From Arenicellales bacterium (GTDB taxonomy: Bacteria; Pseudomonadota; Gammaproteobacteria; Arenicellales; JAHEKD01), in contig JANQSD010000013.1 in NCBI GenBank assembly GCA_028284225.1, positions 136,422 to 200,421 of the forward strand: 64,000 bases of DNA. The letters are read 5' to 3'. The position numbers were made by a program, and so were the translations under genes. Below are positions 17,123 to 26,399 of this stretch, piece after piece. Each line of letters begins with the position of its first letter. The stretch's first letter is position 1. The notes beneath the pieces were generated by a model. That model did not search any database. It was not told the DNA's origin and saw only the letters and a list, made by a program, of their open reading frames with translations.

Positions 17123-18268
17123 TTAATGTGTCAATACAACTGCACTGGAAGCATCCCAGCTTAGATATACTTTTTCCTCCCAATCTACTAAATGATCACC
17201 GCTTTTAGGGCGCACTTGATTCGGGTAAGTAATATCAATGATCTTTCCATTGTCCAGTAAGACTTTATAGTTAGATAATTTGCCCAAATAACCGATATCA
17301 TCTACAGTTCCTATAAGCTGATTATGGTCACTTTGCTCCGGCGGTGATTTCGATATTTTGATTTTCTCAGGCCGAATAGCAACCCAGACTTTGGCATTTT
17401 CTTGTAAGTCTGAACCGTGATCGATATAAAACAAACTCTGATCTCGTGTAGAACGCACTAAAACATGCTCTTTACCACTTTCGACAACATGGCCCTCAAA
17501 AATATTAGCTGAACCAATAAAATTGGCAATAAACCGACTATCAGGGGTTTCATAAATTTCAGTTGGTGTGCCCGTTTGAATAAATTTACCTTTATCCATA
17601 ATTGCAATTCGTGTGGATAAAGTCATTGCTTCTTCTTGATCATGGGTCACAACTATAAATGTAACGCCAAGTTGATCCTGAATATTCATCAACTCATACT
17701 GGGTTTGCTCCCGTAGGCGTTTATCAAGCGCACCCAACGGCTCATCCAGCAATAAAACCTTTGGTTGTTTGACCAACGCTCGAGCTAACGCAACACGTTG
17801 GCGTTGACCACCCGACAGTTGATGTGGTTTGCGCTTACTAAACTGTGTCAATTCAACCATATCTATGATTTCTTCAACTTTAGACTGTATGGTAGCTTTA
17901 TCGAGACCGTCTCTGACCAGCCCATAAGCAATATTCTTTTCAACCGTCATGTGCGGAAATAACGCATAGGACTGAAACATCATATTTACAGGGCGTTCAT
18001 AAGCCGGAATGTCGTTCATTTCCACACCATCAATGAAAATTTTTCCAGCTGTAGGCGTCTCAAAACCGGCAAGCATCCGTAACAGGGTGCTTTTACCGCA
18101 ACCCGATCCACCTAGCCAGCAAAACAATTCACCCTTATAAATATCGAGATCAACATTATCAACAGCAGTAAAGTCACCAAAACGCTTGGTAATACCTTGA
18201 ATCTTTATATAGGGTTCAGCCTCCGGGTCCAACCAAGGACGGTGGGCAAGTTTTGGATCCTTCGACAT
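17123..18268 (-). CDS. potG: Polyamine ABC transporter ATP-binding protein
   Basis: 381 aa. Walker A 'GGSGCGKST', signature 'LSGGQRQRVALARAL', Walker B 'LLLDEP', and a PotA/PotG-type C-terminal regulatory domain. Confidence 0.9.
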   Translation of the reverse strand: MSKDPKLAHRPWLDPEAEPYIKIQGITKRFGDFTAVDNVDLDIYKGELFCWLGGSGCGKSTLLRMLAGFETPTAGKIFIDGVEMNDIPAYERPVNMMFQSYALFPHMTVEKNIAYGLVRDGLDKATIQSKVEEIIDMVELTQFSKRKPHQLSGGQRQRVALARALVKQPKVLLLDEPLGALDKRLREQTQYELMNIQDQLGVTFIVVTHDQEEAMTLSTRIAIMDKGKFIQTGTPTEIYETPDSRFIANFIGSANIFEGHVVESGKEHVLVRSTRDQSLFYIDHGSDLQENAKVWVAIRPEKIKISKSPPEQSDHNQLIGTVDDIGYLGKLSNYKVLLDNGKIIDITYPNQVRPKSGDHLVDWEEKVYLSWDASSAVVLTH

Positions 18269-18295
18269 CTACGAACTTCCTCTATGCTAAAAGTA

Positions 18296-18321
18296 AAAGT
18301 GCCATTTAGAAATGGCACTTT
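18296..18321 (-). terminator. Intercistronic hairpin between the binding-protein and ATPase genes (partial terminator or RNA-stabilising element)
   Basis: Palindrome AAAGTGCCATTT-AG-AAATGGCACTTT read from the sequence. On the minus strand it is followed by TTACTTTT. Confidence 0.5.
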
Positions 18322-18331
18322 ATTAGAACTA

Positions 18332-19432
18332 TTATCCGCCTGTTTTAAAGTTTGTCCAGGCTCTGGTTCTTGCCCGTTCAGCTTTTTTAGGCACTGGAAT
18401 GAGTGGATACATTTGGGTAACCTGTTCTTCAGAAGGATAGGCGGCTTTACTGCTGGTCACTTCTGTATCAACCAGATCGAATGCATCTTTGTTAGCATTG
18501 GCATACCAGGTGTAATTACTGTCACCAGCCGCAACTTCGGGGCGCATCATGTAATTAAGGAACAAGTGGGCATTTTCAACATTTTTAGCGTCGGCCGGAA
18601 TCGCCCAACCATCAGCCCAGAATTGTGCTTTGCCATCGCCTTCCGGTAAAAAGAAATCAAGCACAACACCGGTCTCGGCCTCAGCTGCACCTGCCATAGC
18701 CAATAGGCCATCAGGACCCCAAGTGATCGCAACACAAAATTCCCTTTCCGGCATACGTTGATAAGCATAGTTATCAAAAGTTTTGATATAAGGGCGAACT
18801 TTAGAAAGCATTTCTTCAGCTGCTTTATAGTCTTTTGGATTGGTAGAACTGGGGTCTAGACCCAGGTGCGCCAAAGCCATTGGCATAATATCTGTCGGCG
18901 AATCAAGGAACGAAACACCGCACTCGGCAATTTTCTCCATGTGCTCGGGATTAAACACTAAATCCATTGAACCTATAGGTGCATCAGGATGAACGCTTTT
19001 AACTAATTCTTCATTATAGGTCACGCCATGGGTTCCCCACATGTAAGGGATAATATGTTCATTGCCAGGGTCCCAGTTAGAATTCAATTGCTCCATAATA
19101 TCTGCGCGCATATGCTTCATATTCGGAAGCTTGTTTTTGTCCAGCTTTTGATAGATCCCGGCAGGAATCAAACGTGCATTCATTGAGCTTGCATGACTGA
19201 CCACATCATAGCCGGAATTACCGGCCAGTAATTTTGAGTCTATGGCTTCAACAGAATCGTATACATCATAAATTACCTTGATATTGAATTCCTTTTCAAA
19301 ATTTGCAATCGTCTCTTCGCCAATATATTCGGCCCAGTTAGTAACCCGTAGTTCACCCTCAGCAAATGTAGTTGTTGTAAACCCCAATATTGCAGGAATA
19401 ATCACTATGCCTGCGAATTTTTTAAAATTCAT
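18332..19432 (-). CDS. potF: Periplasmic putrescine/diamine-binding protein (PotF/SpuD-like)
   Basis: 366 aa with a signal peptide. 'RVTNWAEYIGEETIANFEKEFNIKVIYDVYDSVEAIDSKLLAGNSGYDVV' parallels the E. coli PotF N-terminal region as I recall it. Confidence 0.85.
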   Translation of the reverse strand: MNFKKFAGIVIIPAILGFTTTTFAEGELRVTNWAEYIGEETIANFEKEFNIKVIYDVYDSVEAIDSKLLAGNSGYDVVSHASSMNARLIPAGIYQKLDKNKLPNMKHMRADIMEQLNSNWDPGNEHIIPYMWGTHGVTYNEELVKSVHPDAPIGSMDLVFNPEHMEKIAECGVSFLDSPTDIMPMALAHLGLDPSSTNPKDYKAAEEMLSKVRPYIKTFDNYAYQRMPEREFCVAITWGPDGLLAMAGAAEAETGVVLDFFLPEGDGKAQFWADGWAIPADAKNVENAHLFLNYMMRPEVAAGDSNYTWYANANKDAFDLVDTEVTSSKAAYPSEEQVTQMYPLIPVPKKAERARTRAWTNFKTGG

Positions 19433-19526
19433 AGTTTGCTCCGTGTAGTAAGAATAGGATGGTTAAAAAGACTAAAATAATTTAGTTTGACAATCAAGTT
19501 ATAAATACTTAATTCATTACAGATAG

Positions 19527-20711
19527 TTAATGATGGCTAAGCATTAAATGGTTGATTTTAGTAACTTTTCCAGGCGCCGGTTCATTTGCCAAGGTAGCCA
19601 CCGGAATTCTTTGTTGTATCTGTTGATGCAAATGCTTTACACCCTGTTCAAGGGTTGATAGTTGCAGTTTTGGGAAAGCACTGGACTTGATGCCTTTTTG
19701 AATCCAACGGACAAAACTTTCATCCTCCTGTTCTGTTGACTGGTTAATTCGCTGGGTTAAATAGCGCGATAATTTGACTTCACGACGTACATCTGGCAAT
19801 GCGTATGCTGCCCCAATATATTCACTGCAGTCAGGTGAAATGGGAATAGACATGTAATATTCAACCATATCTGGATAAAACCCAATCACCATCGAAGGAA
19901 ATATTCCCGTGTAAAGCCAGAGGCGCTGATAGTCATCAGGCAAATGATCAAAACGTGGCAAAATTTTTTGGTAATGTCTGACACTCCATAGTTTTCCTGG
20001 CTTTTCGTTTATATACCCATAAGACACGGGGATACCATTTTCTATCTCATCGCTATATTGATTACCATAAAGTTGCTGCAACGACGGGTGACCAATTGGA
20101 ACATGATAACCCTCATTATCAATGTCATGAATAATCTTCCAGTTATAAGGGCGTTTCTGCCGATATTTTGTACCCGCAAGCGGCTGGATGTTTTCTAGTT
20201 GATAAGGTACTAATTTCTCTACTAAAGTCCGCATTTGACTTGCCAGACTTTCGCTATTTTCACTGAAATTTATAAATATGAATCCAAACCAGATTTCTAA
20301 CGACAGTTTAACTAAGCCACACTTTTCCTGTTGCAATCCTGGAAAAGTTTCGGCTCTTGGAATATAGCGCACTTGCCCATCTAAATGATAAGACCAACCG
20401 TGAAATGGGCAGACCAGCGCCCTGGGACAGTTTCCATAAGCACCTTCGACAACTTTTGCGCCGCGATGACGACATACATTATGGAAAGCATGAATCGTAA
20501 GGTTTTCATCCCTGATGATTAACGCCCGCTCACCCAGCGCATCAAAAGTCAAATAGTCACCACTGTTAGGAATATCGCTAATATGACCAACTAACAGCCA
20601 GTTCCTTTTGTAAATATATTCCTTTTCAAGTTCAAAGAATTCTTGGTTCCAATATGTCCAGGGCGCTAAGATATCAGTAGTTTCAGGCACAAACGAAGTA
20701 GAATCAGACAT
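19527..20711 (-). CDS. Rieske [2Fe-2S] non-haem-iron oxygenase, alpha-subunit type (second copy)
   Basis: 394 aa. Motifs 'CRHRGAKVVEG...CPFHGWSY' and 'NWKIIHDIDNEGYHVPIGH'. It heads the minus-strand pot operon. Confidence 0.85.
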   Translation of the reverse strand: MSDSTSFVPETTDILAPWTYWNQEFFELEKEYIYKRNWLLVGHISDIPNSGDYLTFDALGERALIIRDENLTIHAFHNVCRHRGAKVVEGAYGNCPRALVCPFHGWSYHLDGQVRYIPRAETFPGLQQEKCGLVKLSLEIWFGFIFINFSENSESLASQMRTLVEKLVPYQLENIQPLAGTKYRQKRPYNWKIIHDIDNEGYHVPIGHPSLQQLYGNQYSDEIENGIPVSYGYINEKPGKLWSVRHYQKILPRFDHLPDDYQRLWLYTGIFPSMVIGFYPDMVEYYMSIPISPDCSEYIGAAYALPDVRREVKLSRYLTQRINQSTEQEDESFVRWIQKGIKSSAFPKLQLSTLEQGVKHLHQQIQQRIPVATLANEPAPGKVTKINHLMLSHH

Positions 20712-20814
20712 AATAGAATATTATATTGAAGTAAATAACAAATAATCACAACTATCGGCAAAATACTGCTGTTTTTACTCAAAGCTGTGCATGTAACAAA
20801 AGCAACATGTTTTT

Positions 20815-21147
20815 GTCATCCTGCGCTCGACGCAGGATCTCCTTGATTCTGTTCGGACATCAAAAAATTGTTACTTTTACAAAGTTGATAATAAAGAGAA
20901 TCAACGGCTATTTTGTTACCCTATTTTCATCTGAAACAGGATTAGGGAAACCCTGAATCTACCGACGCAGTTCAGGATGACCATTTCCGGGTAAATATTG
21001 AATTCTGATCTCGTCATGCCGGACTTGATCCGGCATCCAGGGAGGACAGATTCAGTATACGGGGATGATAAAGGCAGTTTCAATATATAAGGCCTTATTA
21101 TGAGCCCGAACAGAATTATGGAGATCCTGAATCTAGTTCAGGATGAC
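20815..21147. repeat. Cluster of four REP-like hairpin units in alternating orientation (BIME/MITE-like composite)
   Basis: Units lie at 20815-20858, 20952-20982, 21013-21038 and 21104-21147. Each is GTCAT(C/G)C-stem-loop-stem-G(G/C)ATC or its reverse complement. The outer 44-nt arms are reverse complements of each other at 36 of 44 positions by manual alignment. Confidence 0.7.
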
Positions 21148-21172
21148 CAAGGCGTGTTACTTTTGCCCTTGG

Positions 21173-22837
21173 TCACATATTCGGATAATTAGGCCCGCCA
21201 CCGCCTTCTGGTGTAACCCAGTTGATATTCTGACTCACGTCTTTAATATCGCAAGTCTTACAATGCACGCAGTTCTGGGCATTGATTTGCAGGCGTGATT
21301 GTTCGTCTTCAGTCACTATTTCATATACACCGGCAGGGCAGTAGCGTTGTTCTGGTGCATCGTATTCAGCCAGATTAACCGTAATAGGAATAGCATCATC
21401 CTTTAATGTTAAATGAACCGGTTGATCTTCTTCGTGATTAGTGCTGGACAAAAAGACTGATGATAACTTGTCAAAGCTGACCACACCATCCGGTTTTGGA
21501 TACTCAATAGGGGTACATTCACTTTTAGGTTTCGTTTGAGCCCAGTCAGGTTTGGGATCAGATAATGTCCAGGGTAATTTGCCATTAAAGATATTGATAT
21601 CAATAAATGCATAAGCAGAGCCCCAAAAATTACCATATTTATGTTGGGCAGGGCCAAAATTACGTTGCGCGTGCAGCTCTTTATAAGCCCAACTGTTCTT
21701 ATAAGCCTCGGCAAACTCACTAATTTCATCATTGGCACGTTCTGCACCTAACGCCGAGGCTACGCATTCTGCAGCAATCATTCCTGATTTCATTGCAGTA
21801 TGTGAACCTTTAATCTTTGCAAAATTCAAGGTGCCGGCATCGTCACCAATTAGCAAGCCTCCGGCAAATGTCATTTTTGGTTGAGACTGTAAACCGCCTT
21901 TGACAATCGCTCTTGCACCATAAGAAATTCGTTTGCCGCCTTCAAGAAACTTTTTGATTTCGGGATGATGCTTATAACGTTGAAATTCATCAAATGGACT
22001 GACATAGGTATTGCTATAACTCAAATCAGTAATTAATCCTAGCGCAATCTGATTGTCTTCTATATGGTAAAGGAACCCGCCACCTGCTGATTTACTTTCC
22101 GCCAACGGCCAGCCTGCGCTATGTACTACCAGGCCTTGCTGATGTTTTTCGGCCGGAATTTCCCATAATTCTTTTATACCGATGCCGTAATGCTGTGGAT
22201 CTTTACCTTTATCCAGTTCAAATTTAGAGATCAGTTGTTTACCGAGATGCCCACGGCAACCTTCAGCAAACAGGGTGTATTTACCGCGTAATTCCATACC
22301 CGGCATATAGGAATCCTTTTCCTCGCCTTCTTTGGAAATCCCCATATCGCCCGTAATAATACCCATTACCTCGCCTGATTCACCATAAAGCACTTCAGCA
22401 GCAGTAAATCCGGGGAAAATTTCCGCACCCAGTTCTTCTGCCTGTTCTGCCAACCAGCGGCAAAGGTTGCCAAGACTGATAATATAATTACCTTCATTAT
22501 GCATGGTCTTGGGCACAGCAAAATTAGGTACTTTACTGGCCTTGTCCTTAGATTGCATGAGATAAATTTTATCTTCAGTCACTGCTGTATTAAGCGGCGC
22601 TCCTTTATCTTTCCAATCCGGAATCAATTCATTCAGTGCTGTGGGCTCAAATACGGCGCCTGAAAGAATATGGGCACCAACTTCTGATCCTTTTTCGACG
22701 ACAACAACTGATATGTCATTGCCCGATTGTTCCGCCAGTTGACGCAGTTTTATTGCAGCAGACAGACCGGAAGGACCTGCACCGACAATGACAACATCAT
22801 ATTCCATGTATTCACGTTCAATCTCGTGATCAGACAT
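21173..22837 (-). CDS. Electron-transfer flavoprotein:ubiquinone oxidoreductase (ETF-QO)
   Basis: 554 aa. Motifs 'YDVVIVGAGPSGLSAAI' and C-terminal ferredoxin-like 'CPAGVYE...NCVHCKTCDIKD...INWVTPEGGGGPNY'. Confidence 0.93.
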   Translation of the reverse strand: MSDHEIEREYMEYDVVIVGAGPSGLSAAIKLRQLAEQSGNDISVVVVEKGSEVGAHILSGAVFEPTALNELIPDWKDKGAPLNTAVTEDKIYLMQSKDKASKVPNFAVPKTMHNEGNYIISLGNLCRWLAEQAEELGAEIFPGFTAAEVLYGESGEVMGIITGDMGISKEGEEKDSYMPGMELRGKYTLFAEGCRGHLGKQLISKFELDKGKDPQHYGIGIKELWEIPAEKHQQGLVVHSAGWPLAESKSAGGGFLYHIEDNQIALGLITDLSYSNTYVSPFDEFQRYKHHPEIKKFLEGGKRISYGARAIVKGGLQSQPKMTFAGGLLIGDDAGTLNFAKIKGSHTAMKSGMIAAECVASALGAERANDEISEFAEAYKNSWAYKELHAQRNFGPAQHKYGNFWGSAYAFIDINIFNGKLPWTLSDPKPDWAQTKPKSECTPIEYPKPDGVVSFDKLSSVFLSSTNHEEDQPVHLTLKDDAIPITVNLAEYDAPEQRYCPAGVYEIVTEDEQSRLQINAQNCVHCKTCDIKDVSQNINWVTPEGGGGPNYPNM

Positions 22838-22873
22838 GATTTTTTCCTCTAATAAATGTGCTTAATAGCTTGA

Positions 22874-23335
22874 TTATGGATTAGCTGTAAACGTACCATC
22901 CAGGGAAATCGTACTGGAAACATTATTTTCCACACACATGGCAGATGGTGTGGACACGGTTCCCGTCAAAGCTGATCCAGAACTGGATCCATTAATAGTG
23001 GTGAATCCTGTACAAGTCTGAATACCCAGGTTAAAGCTTATCGTGCCTGAAGTTGAAAATGAGCCGCCTGATACCGACCCGGTTGTAGTCCCGGAATCAT
23101 TACTTGAAATTGTGACATTACCATTAGCATCAATATCGATAATAATTGTGGCGCTGCTGTTCAAGCCCGCAAAATCAATATTTCCGGTATAACGACCACT
23201 GTCAATCGTTGTCGCTCCACCGCCAGTTCCTTCAATTGTTGGATCAGCACCGCCGCTACCGGATGAACTGCCTGCATTACCGCCGCTACAACCCGCTAGA
23301 GTCATCGCTGCCATTAAAATGAGAATTCGATTCAT
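22874..23335 (-). CDS. Gly/Ser/Thr-rich hypothetical lipoprotein
   Basis: An internal ATG gives 'MNRILILMAAMTLAGC', a signal peptide plus lipobox. The 43-codon TTG-initiated extension in the ORF track (to 23464) lacks signal features. The start coordinate was derived by codon counting. Confidence 0.55.
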   Translation of the reverse strand: MNRILILMAAMTLAGCSGGNAGSSSGSGGADPTIEGTGGGATTIDSGRYTGNIDFAGLNSSATIIIDIDANGNVTISSNDSGTTTGSVSGGSFSTSGTISFNLGIQTCTGFTTINGSSSGSALTGTVSTPSAMCVENNVSSTISLDGTFTANP

Positions 23336-23491
23336 GGTTTTTTCCTGAAATTTTATTCGTCGGCTACCAGTAGCCTGGTGGTTTTCGAAGTAGATTATTT
23401 TACCTTTAGAATTCAGGATTCGCCATGCTTGTAATAAAGAAAATGCCCGGTAAATACCGGGCAAATTCTATATGACGAGAGAGGGATCTTG

Positions 23492-25255
23492 CTAACTTAC
23501 AGTTCCAGGTGAACGAATATCGTCAACCATAGCCTCAATATGATCTGGCACTGCCTGAGTCATACCTGAAACTACATAGGCTACGGTAAAGTTAATTACT
23601 GCTCCGATAGCACCAAACGCATTGGGTTCGATACCTAGGAACCAGCTGGGTTTCATATCACCCAAAAAGCTTGTACCGGGAATAAAGAACCAGCCTTTGT
23701 GCTGGAATACATAAAGCAGGGTAATAGTCAGACCTGCTATCATGCCGGCAATGGCGCCTTCCTTATTAACCTTTTTGGAAAATATTCCCATCATCAGGGC
23801 CGGGAATATCGACGATGCTGCCAAGCCGAAAGCTATTGCCACAGTACCGGCAGCAAAATCAGGCGGATTTAGCCCCAGATACCCGGCCAATAACACCGCA
23901 CCAACCATGGATATTCGACTCGCTGTTAATTCAGCTCGCTCTGAAATATCCGGTCTGAATACACCTTTGAGCAGATCATGCGAGATCGACGAGGCAATTG
24001 CCAGCAATAAACCGGCCGCTGTCGATAGTGCAGCTGCTAGGCCGCCGGCGACAACCAAAGCGATGACCCAGTTTGGCAGTTTGGCTATTTCAGGGTTTGC
24101 CAAGACCATAATGTCTCGATCAACCTTGGTCATTTCATTACCAGACCAACCAAAACCTTCTGCTTTAGCATTGAATTCTTCGCTTTTATCATTGTAGTAC
24201 TGGATTTTTCCATCGCCGTTTTTATCTTCATAGGCCAGTAAACCTGTAGACTCCCAGTTTTTGAACCACTGCGGCCTTTCTTCATAGGACAGATTGCCTT
24301 CCGGTGAACCCACTTCAGACGTTTGGATAGTGTTCATCAAGTTAAGGCGTGCCATTGCACCTACAGCCGGAGCTGTTGTGTAGAGCAAGGCGATAAAAAC
24401 CAGAGCCCAACCTGCTGAAGCTCGTGCATCCTTGACTTTGGGTACAGTAAAGAATCTAACAATAACGTGCGGTAATCCAGCCGTACCGATCATCAGCGAG
24501 AGGGTATAAACAAACATGTTAAATGTACCGCCTCGCTTGGATGTCGTGTATTCGGCAAATCCCAGGTCCTTCACCACCGCATCCAGTTTGTCTAACAGAT
24601 AAACTCCATCAGCCATTTGACTGCCTAATCCGATTTGCGGAATAGGGTTGCCTGTTAAATTCAAGGAGATGAAAATAGCCGGCACTGTGTAGGCAAAAAT
24701 CAGTACACAGTACTGAGCAATCTGCGTATAAGTAATACCTTTCATGCCGCCTAATACAGCATAAGTTAATACGATGCCCATACCAATCAACAGGCCAACA
24801 TCGTAAGGCACTTCCAAAAACCTTGAGAAGGCGACACCAACACCTTTCATTTGACCGATTACATATGTAATCGATGCAAACAATAGGCAGATAACCGCAA
24901 CAACTCGAGCAGAGTTTGAGTAATATCGATCACCAATAAATTCCGGAACAGTGAATTTATTAGATTTTCTTAAGTAGGGTGCGAGCAACATGGCTAATAA
25001 TACATAACCGCCAGTCCATCCCATTAAGAAAATAGAACCGCCATAACCTAAAAATGCGATCAAACCCGCCATCGAAATAAATGACGCTGCCGACATCCAG
25101 TCTGCAGCCGTAGCCATACCGTTTGCTACCGGATTAATGCCTTTTCCGGCCACATAAAATTCACTTGTACTACCGGCTTTGGCCCAGAAGGCAATGCCGA
25201 TATAAAGTGCAAATGTTAGTCCAACGACTATATAGGTAAGTGTTTTTAAATCCAT
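23492..25255 (-). CDS. Sodium:solute symporter (SSS/SLC5 family), acetate/monocarboxylate-permease-like large subunit
   Basis: 587 aa, multi-TM. N-terminal 'EFYVAGKGINPVANGMATAADWMSAASFISMAG'. It is paired with an upstream DUF4212-type small membrane protein. Confidence 0.85.
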   Translation of the reverse strand: MDLKTLTYIVVGLTFALYIGIAFWAKAGSTSEFYVAGKGINPVANGMATAADWMSAASFISMAGLIAFLGYGGSIFLMGWTGGYVLLAMLLAPYLRKSNKFTVPEFIGDRYYSNSARVVAVICLLFASITYVIGQMKGVGVAFSRFLEVPYDVGLLIGMGIVLTYAVLGGMKGITYTQIAQYCVLIFAYTVPAIFISLNLTGNPIPQIGLGSQMADGVYLLDKLDAVVKDLGFAEYTTSKRGGTFNMFVYTLSLMIGTAGLPHVIVRFFTVPKVKDARASAGWALVFIALLYTTAPAVGAMARLNLMNTIQTSEVGSPEGNLSYEERPQWFKNWESTGLLAYEDKNGDGKIQYYNDKSEEFNAKAEGFGWSGNEMTKVDRDIMVLANPEIAKLPNWVIALVVAGGLAAALSTAAGLLLAIASSISHDLLKGVFRPDISERAELTASRISMVGAVLLAGYLGLNPPDFAAGTVAIAFGLAASSIFPALMMGIFSKKVNKEGAIAGMIAGLTITLLYVFQHKGWFFIPGTSFLGDMKPSWFLGIEPNAFGAIGAVINFTVAYVVSGMTQAVPDHIEAMVDDIRSPGTVS

Positions 25256-25267
25256 TATTCGCTCTCC

Positions 25268-25519
25268 TTATTCTTCTGCACCAAACTCTTTATCTATTTT
25301 GCCCATTTGCTTGGCATAAAAATAAATAAGGAGTAAAAACACATAGATTGATCCTTGTTGGGCGAACCAAAAACCCAGCTTATAACCTCCAATCCTGATG
25401 TTATTTAACGAGTCAACAAGAATGATTCCAAATAAGTACGAAACGACAAACCAGACAACCAAACAAATGGTTAATAGTTTGACATTCGCCTTCCAATACT
25501 CTTCTTTACGATTTGACAT
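25268..25519 (-). CDS. Small membrane subunit of the solute symporter (DUF4212-like)
   Basis: 83 aa with two predicted TM helices. It lies 12 nt upstream of the SSS gene, which is the conserved pairing. Confidence 0.7.
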   Translation of the reverse strand: MSNRKEEYWKANVKLLTICLVVWFVVSYLFGIILVDSLNNIRIGGYKLGFWFAQQGSIYVFLLLIYFYAKQMGKIDKEFGAEE

Positions 25520-25714
25520 AAGATAGCCACCTTTTCCTCGTGATAAGATTAGTGTTTTGAGTATTCACGCAACACGCTTACAATTAAGCTAAACACAGAT
25601 ACTCACAGGCTATTATCAGCAAACTCGGTTTGGTTTTGTATTAGCCGAAAGTATAATTTGAGGACAAGTGAATAAATTTTAATAATTTCACAGAGGAAGG
25701 ACGATTCACTTAAC

Positions 25715-26386
25715 ATGTTTGCAATTAAAAAAATTGTAATCGCTGACGATCACCCGTTGTTTAGGGAAGCCCTGCAACAAGCTGTAATGAATTCGTTTGG
25801 TGAACTGGAAATTATCAGCAGCGGATCATTTTCAAGCTTACAAAGATCGCTAAACCGGCATTCAGATGCGGATCTGATTTTACTGGATTTACATATGCCG
25901 GGAGCAGTGGGCTTTTCCACTTTGCATTACTTGGGCATTAGCTACCCGCAATTACCTGTGATTATTATTTCTGCCAACGAAGAAAACGAAATTATTTCAC
26001 GTGCACTTAAACATGGTGCCAGCGGCTTCATTCCAAAATCATCATCTATCGAAACAATAGTATCGGCGATAAAACAGGTGATTGAAGGAGTAGTATGGGT
26101 TCCGCAGTATTTTCATGATTACTCAATTGATCAAGATAATGAGGATGAGGAGTTTGTTAGTCGTCTCAGTAGTCTGACCCCTAAACAGTTCAGGGTTCTG
26201 ATGATGTTGATAGAAGGCAGAACTAACAGTGAAATCGCAGCTGAGTCTCACGTTACTATTGCCACTATCAAAGCACATCTAAGTGAGATATTTAAAAAAC
26301 TGTCTGTTAACAATCGCACTCAGGCTGCAATGATTGCAGCCAATCATCTTGAAGTTGAAGATCCGAATACCTTAACTTTTCAATGA
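25715..26386 (+). CDS. crbR: NarL/FixJ-family response regulator (REC plus LuxR HTH), CrbR-like
   Basis: 223 aa. 'VIADDHPLFREAL...ILLDLHMPG' forms the receiver. 'LTPKQFRVLMMLIEGRTNSEIAAESHVTIATIKAHLSEIFKKL' forms the LuxR HTH. It lies beside a CrbS-type kinase, acs and the symporter. Confidence 0.7.
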   Translation: MFAIKKIVIADDHPLFREALQQAVMNSFGELEIISSGSFSSLQRSLNRHSDADLILLDLHMPGAVGFSTLHYLGISYPQLPVIIISANEENEIISRALKHGASGFIPKSSSIETIVSAIKQVIEGVVWVPQYFHDYSIDQDNEDEEFVSRLSSLTPKQFRVLMMLIEGRTNSEIAAESHVTIATIKAHLSEIFKKLSVNNRTQAAMIAANHLEVEDPNTLTFQ

Positions 26387-26399
26387 TAATTTATCTGCT

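Noticed and set aside
18197-18649. 150-aa plus-strand ORF spanning the potG/potF junction
   Set aside because: It is antisense to two well-supported ABC-transporter genes and runs across their intergenic hairpin. No motifs are present.
20815-21147. CRISPR array interpretation of the hairpin repeats (also considered for 40782-40937)
   Set aside because: The units alternate in orientation. Spacing is irregular (about 30-95 bp). Repeat sequences differ in their stems. No cas genes are present. They are REP/BIME-like rather than CRISPR.
21147-21172. CCAAGG-N14-CCTTGG hairpin directly after the ETF-QO stop as a terminator
   Set aside because: It has only a 6-bp stem with a 14-nt loop and no following T-run on the coding strand. 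This is too weak to call.
23336-23464. TTG-initiated 43-codon N-terminal extension of the Gly/Ser/Thr-rich protein in the ORF track
   Set aside because: The internal Met gives a canonical lipoprotein signal (MNRILILMAAMTLAGC). The extension has no signal character and would bury the lipobox.
23742-24197. 151-aa plus-strand ORF
   Set aside because: It is antisense to the SSS symporter gene. The Ala/Pro/Ser-rich composition is typical of reverse-frame translation of a membrane-protein gene.
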